Shown here piece by piece: positions 46,982-56,948 of a stretch of 64,000 nt of DNA; the stretch's first letter is position 1; the number at the start of each line of letters is the position of its first letter. Below the pieces are notes generated by a model. It was not told the origin of the DNA and did not search any database. It saw only the letters and a list, made by a program, of their open reading frames with translations. Origin of the DNA: Candidatus Sulfotelmatobacter sp. (GTDB lineage Bacteria; Acidobacteriota; Terriglobia; Terriglobales; Acidobacteriaceae); NCBI GenBank assembly GCA_035945695.1, contig DASYZZ010000019.1:23813-87812 (forward strand). Direction: 5' to 3'. The position numbers were made by a program, and so were the translations under genes.

Positions 46982-48229
46982 ATGGCAGGCGAGAATGCCA
47001 GCACTTTGGCGCGGCAATCAAGGAGTATTGATTCCTGGCTGACAGCAAAGCGTCTGTGCGCTCATGCAGCACTGCTCGGTGTAGCCCTGTGGTCGATCTA
47101 CACATGGACGCTCGCCACTCCCGGCTTGCGCGATCGCAATGGAAACTTGAAGGGCACCGACTTCCTGCACTTTTACACGCTGGGGTTGCTGGCTGATGCG
47201 CATCGCGGGACCGGCCTGTACAGCATTAGTGCGCAGACCGCGCTCGCGACTCAACGAGTCCCTGAGGCGACAGGCATTCGATATCTGCCTTTGTATCCTC
47301 CGCAGGTCTCGCTGTTTTTTGGACCTTTGGCCAGGCTCACTTACAGCGAGGCGCTTGCTGTTTGGTGGATCATCACCGCTGGGGTTTATTTCTGGTGCTG
47401 CCGGCTTATCTGGCAGTCATGCGGAAATCTGCGCAAACATAGAGCGACCACGATTGTTGCCGCGCTTGCTTTTCCCGCTTTCTTCAACCTGATTGCGTGG
47501 GGACAGACATCGGCGCTGGCTTTGGCCTGCTTCACAGTGCTGTTCTTTGCGCTGAAAAATCGACACGAGTTTGTGGCCGGGCTCGTCCTGGGATGCTTGA
47601 TCTTCAAGCCGCAATTGGGCCTTGCGGCAGCGGTGGTGTTTCTGGCGATCGGGGCCTGGAAGGTTGTGTTGGGCGCGATTCTTTCCGCGTCGGCGCAGTT
47701 GTCGATCGGAGTTCTCTATTACGGAATGGAACCACTTCGGCAGTGGGCAAGAATTCTGCGGAACGTCCGTTCTGTTTCTCAATGGCTTGAGCCGAGGCCC
47801 TATCAGACCCATTCGCTGCGCACATTCTGGTCGATGATTGCGCCTTGGAGTTCTGTCTCGGTGGTGCTGTACGGTATCACCGGCGTCCTGGTTCTGAGTG
47901 CGACGATTGCGTTATGGAGACGCGGCTCAGAGGTAATGTTGCCAGTGAAATACTCGGCGCTGTTGTTCGCGACCGTGCTGGTTGCTCCCCACCTGACTGT
48001 GTACGACTTAGTAATCCTTGCTCCTGCTTTCCTTCTTCTGGCGGACTGGCTGATTCAGGAGCAGTCAGCGAATAGCGGTATCGGAACACTTCTCTACCTC
48101 GCCTATGTTCTTCCTCTGCTTGCGCCTCTGACACGTTGGACGCACGTTCAGCTGTCTGTGATTGCGATGGCGGGGCTGGTGTACTTGCTGTGGCGCGTTT
48201 CTCAGGAGTATCGTACCCAGAATCCATAG
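46982..48229 (+). CDS. GT87/DUF2029-type membrane glycosyltransferase (second copy)
   Basis: Starts 1 nt after the previous stop. KGTDFLHFYTLGLLA...YLPLYPPQVSLFFGPLA is the DUF2029 first-loop pattern. Confidence 0.68.
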   Translation: MAGENASTLARQSRSIDSWLTAKRLCAHAALLGVALWSIYTWTLATPGLRDRNGNLKGTDFLHFYTLGLLADAHRGTGLYSISAQTALATQRVPEATGIRYLPLYPPQVSLFFGPLARLTYSEALAVWWIITAGVYFWCCRLIWQSCGNLRKHRATTIVAALAFPAFFNLIAWGQTSALALACFTVLFFALKNRHEFVAGLVLGCLIFKPQLGLAAAVVFLAIGAWKVVLGAILSASAQLSIGVLYYGMEPLRQWARILRNVRSVSQWLEPRPYQTHSLRTFWSMIAPWSSVSVVLYGITGVLVLSATIALWRRGSEVMLPVKYSALLFATVLVAPHLTVYDLVILAPAFLLLADWLIQEQSANSGIGTLLYLAYVLPLLAPLTRWTHVQLSVIAMAGLVYLLWRVSQEYRTQNP

Positions 48230-48254
48230 ATCCTTCGCCGCTAAAATCTGCGGC

Positions 48255-49121
48255 TCAGGATGACACGCGGGAGACGCTAAACAAGAATGCCAAAGCTTCG
48301 GGGAACCGGCGCGCCCATGCCGATTCGTGGTGTGTGGCTCCTTCTTCGACTTCCAGTTTCAGGCGTCTTTCATCCAAGCCGGCGCGGCGCATAATCGCGG
48401 CGAGTTCTCTTACGTCATCGACCATGCTTTGATCCCGCTCCGGGCGGCCCGCTTCGGCCGTCCCTGTCGCGAGGAAGACTCGCTCCGGCCAGTTGCGAAC
48501 TCCGCGGCTCTGACGAATCATCTGGCGGTTTGAGGCCCAGAGGGACGGACTCTCCAGCAACAGTCGTCCGATCACGCCGGGACGTGCGGCGGCGGTGTAG
48601 AGCGAGATGAGGGCGCCGAGCGAAGAGCCTCCCAGTCCCGTGTTCTCTGGGCCTGAGGCGATGCGGTAATAGCGCTTCACGAACGGCATCACTTCTTTCA
48701 TGAGGAAGTCAGGATAACGACTGCCCTGGACGCGCACGATCATTGGCTGCAGCGAACGATGCGGCAGGTATTCGCGCATTCGGTCTTTGGACGCATTGTC
48801 GATACCCACGATGATCATGGGCGGAATGACCGCTTCGCGAATCAGGCGGTCGGCCGTTTCGTCCACCTGCCACTCCACGCCGGTGAACGAGATTGCCGGC
48901 TCGAACAAGTTCTGGCCATCATTGAGGTAAAGCACGGGGTATTTTCTTCCCGCGTTCTGCGGATCGTCGTAGCCGGGCGGCAGCCATACGCGGAGGAATC
49001 GGGTGTTGTGAAAAACGCGACTCTGGAATTCGTGCAGACGCAAATCTCCAACGGCCGACTCAGCACGAATGACCGAAGGAATGGCCCGGTCCTGGGTTTC
49101 AGTTGGTTGGATTTCTTCCAT
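48255..49121 (-). CDS. Esterase family protein (enterochelin-esterase/CE1-like alpha/beta hydrolase)
   Basis: RVWLPPGYDDPQNAGRKYPVLYLNDGQNLF and nucleophile elbow GLGGSSLGALISL. Confidence 0.8.
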   Translation of the reverse strand: MEEIQPTETQDRAIPSVIRAESAVGDLRLHEFQSRVFHNTRFLRVWLPPGYDDPQNAGRKYPVLYLNDGQNLFEPAISFTGVEWQVDETADRLIREAVIPPMIIVGIDNASKDRMREYLPHRSLQPMIVRVQGSRYPDFLMKEVMPFVKRYYRIASGPENTGLGGSSLGALISLYTAAARPGVIGRLLLESPSLWASNRQMIRQSRGVRNWPERVFLATGTAEAGRPERDQSMVDDVRELAAIMRRAGLDERRLKLEVEEGATHHESAWARRFPEALAFLFSVSRVSS

Positions 49122-49154
49122 CAGGAGAATCCCGGACGCAAAGAATGAATCATC

Positions 49155-49616
49155 TCACGCTTCGGCGTTTTTAGTCCTCACCGTTATAAGGAGCGCTGTG
49201 ACGCTGATCAGGAAGATCAGGGCCTGCGAAGTGAGACACAAAATGCACCACGTCATCAACTGATAGGCCTCGATGTAGGTCAGGTAGAGCGCAAACGCAA
49301 AGCCAATGAGAGCGGCGATCAGGAGGCGGATCGGAGTCTCGGGGCGTGATCTCCAGATCGTGGCTAGCAAGAATAGAAGAGCGTACCCCGCGACACCAAT
49401 CGCCGCGACCGGAATTCCGGCCACGGTCGACCACTCGCTGCGGTTGACGATGTCGCAATTGAATTGCTGGTTGAAGTCGCAGTAGGTCGTCGCGGACTTC
49501 GCATAGTGTCGCTGGAGCGACAGGCCGGAAACAATCGCGCCGGCAAGCGACAGAATTGCAACGATCACGAAGAACGTGCGGTTGCCGCCCGAGAGTTCGC
49601 TCACGGGAGTTTGCAT
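49155..49616 (-). CDS. Vitamin K epoxide reductase (VKOR) family membrane protein
   Basis: Loop cysteines YCDFNQQFNCDIV and active-site MTWCILCL (CxxC) in a 4-5 TM protein. Confidence 0.85.
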   Translation of the reverse strand: MQTPVSELSGGNRTFFVIVAILSLAGAIVSGLSLQRHYAKSATTYCDFNQQFNCDIVNRSEWSTVAGIPVAAIGVAGYALLFLLATIWRSRPETPIRLLIAALIGFAFALYLTYIEAYQLMTWCILCLTSQALIFLISVTALLITVRTKNAEA

Positions 49617-50041
49617 CCGGTCTTGTCGCTCAGAGCTTCGAGGGACACGACGCCTTCTTTGGGCGGTTCATCGCCGAATTGCCAGCTGGGAAACAATTTC
49701 ACGCCCGCGATTTTGCAAGGCGTCGCCAATTCTCGGGAACCTTTGATGGCGCACTCTACATACGGGACGTAGTGAAACGCGTCGCCGAACATCTGCTTCT
49801 GCTCGATGCAGTGCGGACACCAGTAGAGCCCGTACATCTTGGCCTGCTTCGAGGCCAGACATTGCGCGAAGTGATCGTATTTATGATTGCGGTAATACCA
49901 ACCGGCGAAGTACGCCCCCACAAGAAGCACCACAACGATGCCGTAGCTCAGGAACTTTTTCGACTTCCCCGAAGCGTCGCTTCGTTCCTCTTGGCGTTTC
50001 CTTCTCTCTTCAGACATATTCCTCTGTTTATACCATGACAA
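49601..50041 (-). CDS. Membrane-anchored thioredoxin-like protein (VKOR partner)
   Basis: One TM (YGIVVVLLVGAYFAGW), then MYGLYWCPHCIEQK (WCPHC). 16-nt overlap with the VKOR gene. Confidence 0.75.
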   Translation of the reverse strand: MSWYKQRNMSEERRKRQEERSDASGKSKKFLSYGIVVVLLVGAYFAGWYYRNHKYDHFAQCLASKQAKMYGLYWCPHCIEQKQMFGDAFHYVPYVECAIKGSRELATPCKIAGVKLFPSWQFGDEPPKEGVVSLEALSDKTGCKLP

Positions 50042-50944
50042 TCAGGCGACAACGTTGAGAGAACCGGGCAGCACGTCGAGTTCCTCACAGTGGAGCGTTA
50101 ACACTTCCCCATCGACCATGACGTCGACTGGGTTTTCCAGACGAAACTCGATCCGCTTCGCGGCTGTCCGCTCGGCCAGCGGGTGCTCGATGTGCGTTCC
50201 ATCGTAAAGTCCCGGGAGATTGCGGATCAGACCCAAGCGGCCGATCGGTCCCCAGCGCACGTACTCGATCAACCCGTCGGAGACCTCAGCCTGGGGAGCG
50301 ATCATCATGGTGCCGCCGGTGAATTTGCTGTTATTGAAGGTCACGAAAAGGCAAGGACGCGTGTCGAATTCGTTCTGTTCCTCAACCCGCAAGGGAAACG
50401 GGCGGCGATTGAAACGGGCGAGAGTCAGGAAGATGGAGGTGAGGTAGCCGAGTTCTCCCCACGAACTGAAGCGGCGTTCGCGGAGCGTGGCCACGTCGGC
50501 GGAAAAACCCATGCTGAGCAGATTGATGAAGTGGATGACGCCCGTTCGATGCCGGAGGCGGAGAACGTCGCAAGGACGGCTTTTATTCGCGATCAGTGCG
50601 TCGATGGCATACTCGACCCCTTTGTCGCTGAAATCGCGCAAGAAGGAGTTCCCCGTCCCGAGCGGCAAGAATCCTAACGTTGGTCGCTCCGCATTCTGGG
50701 AAATGGGGAACAGTCCATTGACGATTTCATACGAAGTGCCGTCGCCGCCGACGGCGATGAAATTTCGAACGCCACGGGCGTAGGCGTCACGGGCAATCTC
50801 TGCTGCCTGGCCGGGAGCTTTTGTCGGGGCTACGTCAATCCCGAGTCCAGCAGTTCGCAGCCGGTCGAGGGCTGGATTCAGCAGCGCGCCTCGCCGGCCG
50901 CCGCCAGCGGCAGGATTCACAATCGCGAGATATTGTTGCCCCAA
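50042..50944 (-). CDS. Diacylglycerol-kinase-catalytic-domain lipid kinase (YegS/BmrU type)
   Basis: YLAIVNPAAGGGR ... NFIAVGGDGTSYEIVNG ... LPLGTGNSF. The stop abuts the next start (50042/50041). Confidence 0.85.
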   Translation of the reverse strand: MGQQYLAIVNPAAGGGRRGALLNPALDRLRTAGLGIDVAPTKAPGQAAEIARDAYARGVRNFIAVGGDGTSYEIVNGLFPISQNAERPTLGFLPLGTGNSFLRDFSDKGVEYAIDALIANKSRPCDVLRLRHRTGVIHFINLLSMGFSADVATLRERRFSSWGELGYLTSIFLTLARFNRRPFPLRVEEQNEFDTRPCLFVTFNNSKFTGGTMMIAPQAEVSDGLIEYVRWGPIGRLGLIRNLPGLYDGTHIEHPLAERTAAKRIEFRLENPVDVMVDGEVLTLHCEELDVLPGSLNVVA

Positions 50945-50978
50945 GGTGTGGTTCCAGTTTCGTCGAGCGCCCGGCGAA

Positions 50979-52688
50979 TCAGAGCGTTACTACCGCGCTG
51001 CGCTCGAACGACTTTCCGATCTCTTCCGCGAGAACCTGGCGTTTAATCTTCATCGACGCGGTGCGCGGAAAATCCTTGTCCCAAATAAGATATCCGCCGA
51101 CTCGCTTGAAATCGGGGAGGCGGCGGTTGCGCGCCGAGATCTCGTCGAGCAATTTGCTGTCGAATTTCTGATTCTGCTCGAGCCGAAGGACCAGCATGAG
51201 AGACTCGCGTCCAAGTTCCTTTTTCGGCCAGATGTAATTCGCCGCGAAGACTGCATATTCTTTTACAAGCAGGCCGTCGAAAACAGTCTCGATGTCCTCG
51301 GGATAAATATTTTTCCCGCCTTCGGTGACGATCATGTTTTTCTTCCGCCCGAATAGCTGCAGGTGACCGTGACGCTCGAAGCGTCCGAGATCGCCCGTCA
51401 GGAGCCAGCCATCGACGATGGTCTCCAGCGTGAGTTCAGGATCATCGAGATAGTGCGACATGACCGTCTTGCTGCGGACGGCGACCTCGCCCACGCCATC
51501 CTGATCGGGATTCAGAATGCGAATCTCAACGCCCGGAAGCGGCTTACCCACGGTATCCGCTCGAAACGGCTTCAGATCGTTCAGCGTCAGCGCGGTTCCC
51601 GCCTCGGAGAGGCCGTAGCCATTCACAACCGGAATGCCGAGATCGTAGAAAAATTGCATGGTCGACGGTTCCATGAATGCGCCACCTGTGATCAGGGCGA
51701 GCAGTTCCCCGCCCAATCCGCGGTGAATGTTTGAAAGCAGAAGGCGGCTGAGCTTCACATTCGGACGGCGCTTTGTAAGCACGCGGTTGATGCCGATCAT
51801 CGAATTCAGCAGGCCGCGCTTCCATGAGGGGAGTTCGTCGAACTTGGCCCGCAGTCCTCGCTCCAGGTTCTTCACGATCATCGGCACGAGCGAGACATAT
51901 GTAATGCGATAGCGGACAAAGGCGTCGCGAACGAACTCCGGACGCAAAGTTCGCAGGTGCACGACACACGCTCCGCAGACGAACGGTCCGATGAAGCCGA
52001 CCATGAAATCGATTGCATGATTGGTCGGAAGAATGCTCAGGTAACGAACTCCCGGCCAGAAGGGATACCACGCCGTGAGAGAGCGGCACTGTTCGAGGTA
52101 GTTCTCATGAGTCAGGACGCAGCCCTTGGGCCGACCTCCGGTGCCGGAGGAATAGACGATGCAGGCGACATCGTCTTTCTGGCGCATAACAAAATCCGGA
52201 GCACCTTTGCGCTTGAAATCTTCCCAGCGAAAAGCACCAGCCAAATCTGCGCCGAGCGGCGCTTCGGTGACGAGGACGATCTTGGTCGTGATCTTCTGGA
52301 ACTCGGGCGCTTGCATGATGGCGCGCCAGAGGTGGTATTCGACAATGAGCACCTTGGCCTTGGAGTGAGCCAGAAGTTGAAGGTGTTCGTCGGCCGAAAG
52401 CTTGTAGTCGAGCGGGACCACGACGCCGCCGCAGTAAAAAATGGCGTAGGCCGAGATCAGCCACTTCGACTGGTTGGTCATGATAATCGCGGCACGGTCG
52501 TTCGGGTCGAAGTCAGCGTCTTCGAGAGCGCGGGCGAGCGGGAGCGCAATCTCTTTGAAATCGGAGTAGGTGAGACGCAGTTTTTCGCGGTCGCGCTCGG
52601 CCTCGATCAGGCACACCTCGGAAGAGAACTGATCGAGAGCGTCGCGAAGGGCCGCGCCTAAGCAGGTGTATTTGCGGAGATCGAGCAT
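50979..52688 (-). CDS. Long-chain acyl-CoA synthetase-like adenylate-forming enzyme
   Basis: [21 protein letters not shown] (A3), [15 protein letters not shown]...GRKKNMIV. Confidence 0.85.
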   Translation of the reverse strand: MLDLRKYTCLGAALRDALDQFSSEVCLIEAERDREKLRLTYSDFKEIALPLARALEDADFDPNDRAAIIMTNQSKWLISAYAIFYCGGVVVPLDYKLSADEHLQLLAHSKAKVLIVEYHLWRAIMQAPEFQKITTKIVLVTEAPLGADLAGAFRWEDFKRKGAPDFVMRQKDDVACIVYSSGTGGRPKGCVLTHENYLEQCRSLTAWYPFWPGVRYLSILPTNHAIDFMVGFIGPFVCGACVVHLRTLRPEFVRDAFVRYRITYVSLVPMIVKNLERGLRAKFDELPSWKRGLLNSMIGINRVLTKRRPNVKLSRLLLSNIHRGLGGELLALITGGAFMEPSTMQFFYDLGIPVVNGYGLSEAGTALTLNDLKPFRADTVGKPLPGVEIRILNPDQDGVGEVAVRSKTVMSHYLDDPELTLETIVDGWLLTGDLGRFERHGHLQLFGRKKNMIVTEGGKNIYPEDIETVFDGLLVKEYAVFAANYIWPKKELGRESLMLVLRLEQNQKFDSKLLDEISARNRRLPDFKRVGGYLIWDKDFPRTASMKIKRQVLAEEIGKSFERSAVVTL

Positions 52689-52804
52689 GCCGAATTCGCC
52701 GAACCTTAGATTGTAGATTGCGGATGGGTAATCCGGACGCTAAGCTGCGTGGGCGTTCCTCGGCAATCAACAATCACGGACAGCAGTTAAGGATCCTTTT
52801 AGGT

Positions 52805-53047
52805 TTACATCCGCGCCTGAATCTTTCCAGCCAATGTGCGGAAATCGGTGACTCCCTGCAACTCGTAATCCGGCAATTCAACATGGAAATGGTTTTCCAG
52901 TTTCGTGAGCAGATCGAGCGTCTGCAGGCTGTCGATGCCGAGAGCTTTGAAAAAGTCATCGTCGGGAGACAGCTTTTCCCGCGGAACTTTGAAATGGGCC
53001 GCCGCGAGATTCAGGATTTCGTCGAGAGTATGGTCGAGTGTCTGCAT
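52805..53047 (-). CDS. Free-standing acyl carrier protein
   Basis: 80 aa. FFKALGIDSLQTLDLLTKLE carries the DSL phosphopantetheine-attachment serine. Confidence 0.85.
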   Translation of the reverse strand: MQTLDHTLDEILNLAAAHFKVPREKLSPDDDFFKALGIDSLQTLDLLTKLENHFHVELPDYELQGVTDFRTLAGKIQARM

Positions 53048-53065
53048 AAATGGGTTCTGTCCGGA

Positions 53066-53869
53066 TCAGGGCAAGTATGGCTGAGCGTCGGTGCTTTCCA
53101 CAAATTTCTTTAATCCCGCTCTGACTGCGGGCTTCTGAAATAACTCGCAGAAGAGATCGATCTCACGCCGCAGTTCGTCATACGGAATCGGCTTAATGAA
53201 CGCCTTGGCGGCAGCCGCCGTTCCGCGATCGAACTTGCCCATTTGAGCAGCGGTGGTGCGAGCGGCCCGCAATGCTTCGCCTTCAGAAACGACCTGGCTT
53301 ACCAGTCCGATCTGTTGCGCCTTGGCTGCGTTGAAGCTGCGTCCGGTCAATAGCAGATCGCGGACGACAGCATTGCCGAGATCGCGCTTCAGGCGCGGGA
53401 TTCCACCGAATCCGGGTACCAGGCCCAAGCGCAGCTCCGGGAAACAGAAGCGGGCCATCTTGTCAGCGATGATCACGTCGCAGACCAGTGCCAGTTCAAA
53501 ACCTCCGCCGAATGTGACTCCGTGGACGGCGGCGATTGTGGATAACGGCGACCCGTCAATTCGATTCAGCACGCGATGAATGCGCTCCAGAAAATCACGA
53601 ACGCCTTGAACAGCGTCGGACTTCTCCATCGTCTCCGAGCGCTCGTAGAGTTCGCGCAGGTCGGCGCCGGCACAGAACCCGGATTTCAGTTCGCTGTGGA
53701 TGATTAGCGCATGAGCATTTTTTTCGAAGTCTTCAAGGACGACGGCAAACTTTTCCAGTTCGGTGAGGGACAGCGATCCCAACTCATTGCAAGGCGGGCG
53801 ATGGAGCAGGAGTTCCACGACTCCACTCTTCAGCTCCCATGACAAAGCTTGTCCTCTGAATTGCTGCAC
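53066..53869 (-). CDS. Enoyl-CoA hydratase/isomerase (crotonase) family protein
   Basis: GFCAGADLRE (oxyanion hole), GVTFGGGFELALVCD and FPELRLGLVPGFGG (both catalytic Glu positions present). GTG start with AAGGA upstream. Confidence 0.85.
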   Translation of the reverse strand: MQQFRGQALSWELKSGVVELLLHRPPCNELGSLSLTELEKFAVVLEDFEKNAHALIIHSELKSGFCAGADLRELYERSETMEKSDAVQGVRDFLERIHRVLNRIDGSPLSTIAAVHGVTFGGGFELALVCDVIIADKMARFCFPELRLGLVPGFGGIPRLKRDLGNAVVRDLLLTGRSFNAAKAQQIGLVSQVVSEGEALRAARTTAAQMGKFDRGTAAAAKAFIKPIPYDELRREIDLFCELFQKPAVRAGLKKFVESTDAQPYLP

Positions 53870-53890
53870 GTCTAATCCTTTTTCAGCTTC

Positions 53891-55519
53891 TTAAACTGCC
53901 TGCCTGACCTGGTACATGTTTTCGATGTCGTCTTTCATGCGCGACGAAATCAAATCACGCTTCAGCTTGCCATTCGCCGTCAACATTCCGTTCTCGATCG
54001 AAAAAGGCTCAGGACGCAAACAAAAGGCGCGTACCTGCTTGTAATGCGGCAGATGCGGATTTACCTCATCCAAAGCCGACTGAACCTGCTCGCGATCCAC
54101 GGCGCCAGTCACTATAGCTGAAAGATATCCGCGGCCGTTGCCGACGATCACGACCTGCTGCGCCGTCGGAAGCTGGCGAGCGATTTCTTCTTCGATCGTT
54201 TCCGGAGCGATTTTGTGACCGGAGCCTAAAACGATCAGATTCTTGATCCGGCCGACGATTCGCCAAGTTCCTGTCGCTTCGATCTCGCCCTGGTCTCCCG
54301 TATGAAACCAGCCGTCTTTTAAAACCTCGGCGGTTTGTTGCGGGCGATTCCAGTATCCGGGGAAAACGTTGGGACCGCGAACAATGATTTCTTCGTTTTC
54401 GCCAAGCTTCATCTCGATCCCGGCGATGGTCGGGCCTACCCGTCCGGGAACTGGATTCTGGGGATCATCCATCGTGCAAATGCCGGTGGTCTCAGTGAGG
54501 CCGTAGACTTGCAGCACGGGGATGCCGAGCATGCGGAAGTAGTCCTGGGTCTCGGGAGTCAATGGAGCGGAGCCGCAGATGAGGGCTCGCAGATTCGCGC
54601 CGGCCATCTTCTTGCGGATCGCGGGAAATATGGCGGCATTCGCCAGCCAGAGCCAGAATCCGTTACCGTTGCGGGCCCAGTCTGCTTTCGCTCGAGAATA
54701 AACAACCAACACGACTCCGCCTTTTGTCGCGATCTGCTCGTCCACGGCGCGTCGCATGCGCTCGAGCAACTGCGGAACATTCAGGAAATAGTGTGGAGCG
54801 ACCGCGGGCATGTCGTTGGGAATCTTCGTCAGGTCTGTATTCAGAGTGACGAGACTGCCGCGCAACATGAATGAGAGCACGGCGATCCAGGACGCGCAGA
54901 AGTTGAACGGCAGGTAGTGAAAGATCCGGTCTTGCCCTGTTCGGCCTCCCATCAACTGATCGAGGCGCGCCGACGTGCATCCCAACATGAATCCCACGTT
55001 GGCCGCGGTGAGCACGACCCCTTTGGATTCGCCGGAAGTCCCCGAAGTGTAGATGATCGTGACCGGATCTTCATCCCGGACTTGTGGGCGATCGAGCGGG
55101 ACTCCTTCAACTCCGGCGAAGATTTCATCGAATAGAAAACGTGGCGGAGCTTGTGGCCAGGCCTGCTCAACGCCAGCGCGCAAGGTCGCGTCCCCGCAGC
55201 AGACGAGCGAGGGCGTACTGTCGATCATCATCGCGATCAGTTCGGCGGGCGCTTGCCGTGAATAAAGCGGCACAACGATGAAGCCCTCGGCGATCGCGGC
55301 CAGATCCAATGCGATCCAGCGAATGCTGTTCGCGGCGAGAATGCCGCAACGGTCCCCCTTCCTCAGTCTCTTTGAAGCGAGGAACGTGCGCGCTTTGCGA
55401 ACCAGTTCGAGAAATTCCGATCCTGTGACGCCGCTGATCTGGCCGTCGCGAATCTCCTGTAGCACGACCGCATTGGGCGTGGCTTTCAGTTGCAAGAAGA
55501 TTTCTCCGACGAATGGCAT
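53891..55519 (-). CDS. AMP-dependent synthetase/ligase (second adenylate-forming enzyme)
   Basis: IIYTSGTSGESKGVVLT, VYGLTETTG, TGDQGEI...GRIKNLIV. I prefer ATG 55519 (MPFVGEIF), 19 nt after the upstream stop. Confidence 0.85.
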   Translation of the reverse strand: MPFVGEIFLQLKATPNAVVLQEIRDGQISGVTGSEFLELVRKARTFLASKRLRKGDRCGILAANSIRWIALDLAAIAEGFIVVPLYSRQAPAELIAMMIDSTPSLVCCGDATLRAGVEQAWPQAPPRFLFDEIFAGVEGVPLDRPQVRDEDPVTIIYTSGTSGESKGVVLTAANVGFMLGCTSARLDQLMGGRTGQDRIFHYLPFNFCASWIAVLSFMLRGSLVTLNTDLTKIPNDMPAVAPHYFLNVPQLLERMRRAVDEQIATKGGVVLVVYSRAKADWARNGNGFWLWLANAAIFPAIRKKMAGANLRALICGSAPLTPETQDYFRMLGIPVLQVYGLTETTGICTMDDPQNPVPGRVGPTIAGIEMKLGENEEIIVRGPNVFPGYWNRPQQTAEVLKDGWFHTGDQGEIEATGTWRIVGRIKNLIVLGSGHKIAPETIEEEIARQLPTAQQVVIVGNGRGYLSAIVTGAVDREQVQSALDEVNPHLPHYKQVRAFCLRPEPFSIENGMLTANGKLKRDLISSRMKDDIENMYQVRQAV

Positions 55520-55538
55520 GTTTGAAATTGAGACTGGA

Positions 55539-56948
55539 TCAGCTGTAAGCTGCGACCAACTGCCGCAGCGAGGCATTCATGGGCGGAAGATAGTCTTCCC
55601 AGTTCCACTCGCCTCGACGCGTCGGAAACTCGGGGTAGCGGCGCTGCACTTCCTCCTCGAAGAAAACTCCCATGCGCGCCATGACTTTCAGATTCTTCAC
55701 TACAGTGCGCGCGATGCCATCGGCGATACGTTCACCCTCAGTCGCCAATTTCTCGAGTGCCGCGAGAAGCTTGGATTCGAGATCGGGATCGTCGACCGTC
55801 ATCAGCAATTCCTGATGCCCGCGCTCCCGCATCAGATTGCGAATACGCTCGTCCATGGTGATTCCCGCGGAGGGCACAAGGGCCGGCATCGAAGTAACGA
55901 TGCCGTGATAGCGCGATGAAGCCATCATGTGGCACGAACGCAGAACGCTGACCAGTTCGTACATATTGTACTGGTCTGAGCTCAGGACGGGGACGCCTCC
56001 CAGTCTCTCCGAGATGCGCTTGGCAGGACGAGCGTCGAGGCGCTCGGTTGCGGCCAGAATCACGAACACCTTGCGCTGCTTGCGGAATGCATCGACCGCA
56101 TTCCCAATCGAAGTCAGATAATGCTGGTACGCTCGGTCGGCCGCCGGGCCGGAATTGTGAAAGTAGACCGTACGGTAGTGGCTGTCTTTGAAGGCTCCGG
56201 TCAAGCTGTGCACAGCATATTTCGCAACGGATGCGCGGACCGGCCATTCAAAGGGATTGATCGGGCAGACGACCAGCACGGGAGTGTGACCGTCCCAACC
56301 GAGCTGCCGCAGAACCGACTGACCGTATTCCGCGGGCTGCGGCTCGAATGTCCAAGCCGTATCGGTGCCAAGTTCTGTGGGAACCCCAAGCTCGCGAAGA
56401 ATCGTGCGCGACTCCTCGTTGCGTGTGATGACCAGAGAGTTCTTGCAATAGCGGCCGCACATCTTCGCGACCAGCGGATCCATGTGGCCCGCCTCTGCGC
56501 CATATCCCACGGAAAGCTTGTTTTCGACGGCGGCAATTCCGAGGGAGCCGATCATCATCGTCGTGAGGGCATTGGCGAACTTGCTCTTAAACATGGAGCC
56601 TTCGCAGGCAACGACGCCGTGATGCTTACGAACTTCGTCATACAAGAAGGGAGGAAAAATGTCGGGAAGATGTACCTGCTTTGTTCCCTCGAAATATCCT
56701 TTGGAGAACTCGAACACCTGGCTCATCACGCTGAAGTCCACGCGCTCGGCCCCGAGGATGTGGCGAATCTGGCGAATCATCTCCTCCACCCGAACGTCGG
56801 AACCCATGTTGCGCGTACCGTTGTAACCCGCAAACAGGAGCTTCAGCTTTTCTCCGGGCTGCCAGGGCTTGTTGGCGCCGAGCATCCAGCGCAGCTTTGC
56901 GCGTTCGATATTGCCGCTGACCCAGGCTTCCAGAATGAAATCCATCAT
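55539..56948 (-). CDS. Polysaccharide pyruvyl-transferase-family protein
   Basis: [18 protein letters not shown] near the N-terminus and [14 protein letters not shown] (the RxHg motif I associate with PF04230). ATGATG at 56948-56943 overlaps the upstream TGA. Confidence 0.65.
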   Translation of the reverse strand: MMDFILEAWVSGNIERAKLRWMLGANKPWQPGEKLKLLFAGYNGTRNMGSDVRVEEMIRQIRHILGAERVDFSVMSQVFEFSKGYFEGTKQVHLPDIFPPFLYDEVRKHHGVVACEGSMFKSKFANALTTMMIGSLGIAAVENKLSVGYGAEAGHMDPLVAKMCGRYCKNSLVITRNEESRTILRELGVPTELGTDTAWTFEPQPAEYGQSVLRQLGWDGHTPVLVVCPINPFEWPVRASVAKYAVHSLTGAFKDSHYRTVYFHNSGPAADRAYQHYLTSIGNAVDAFRKQRKVFVILAATERLDARPAKRISERLGGVPVLSSDQYNMYELVSVLRSCHMMASSRYHGIVTSMPALVPSAGITMDERIRNLMRERGHQELLMTVDDPDLESKLLAALEKLATEGERIADGIARTVVKNLKVMARMGVFFEEEVQRRYPEFPTRRGEWNWEDYLPPMNASLRQLVAAYS

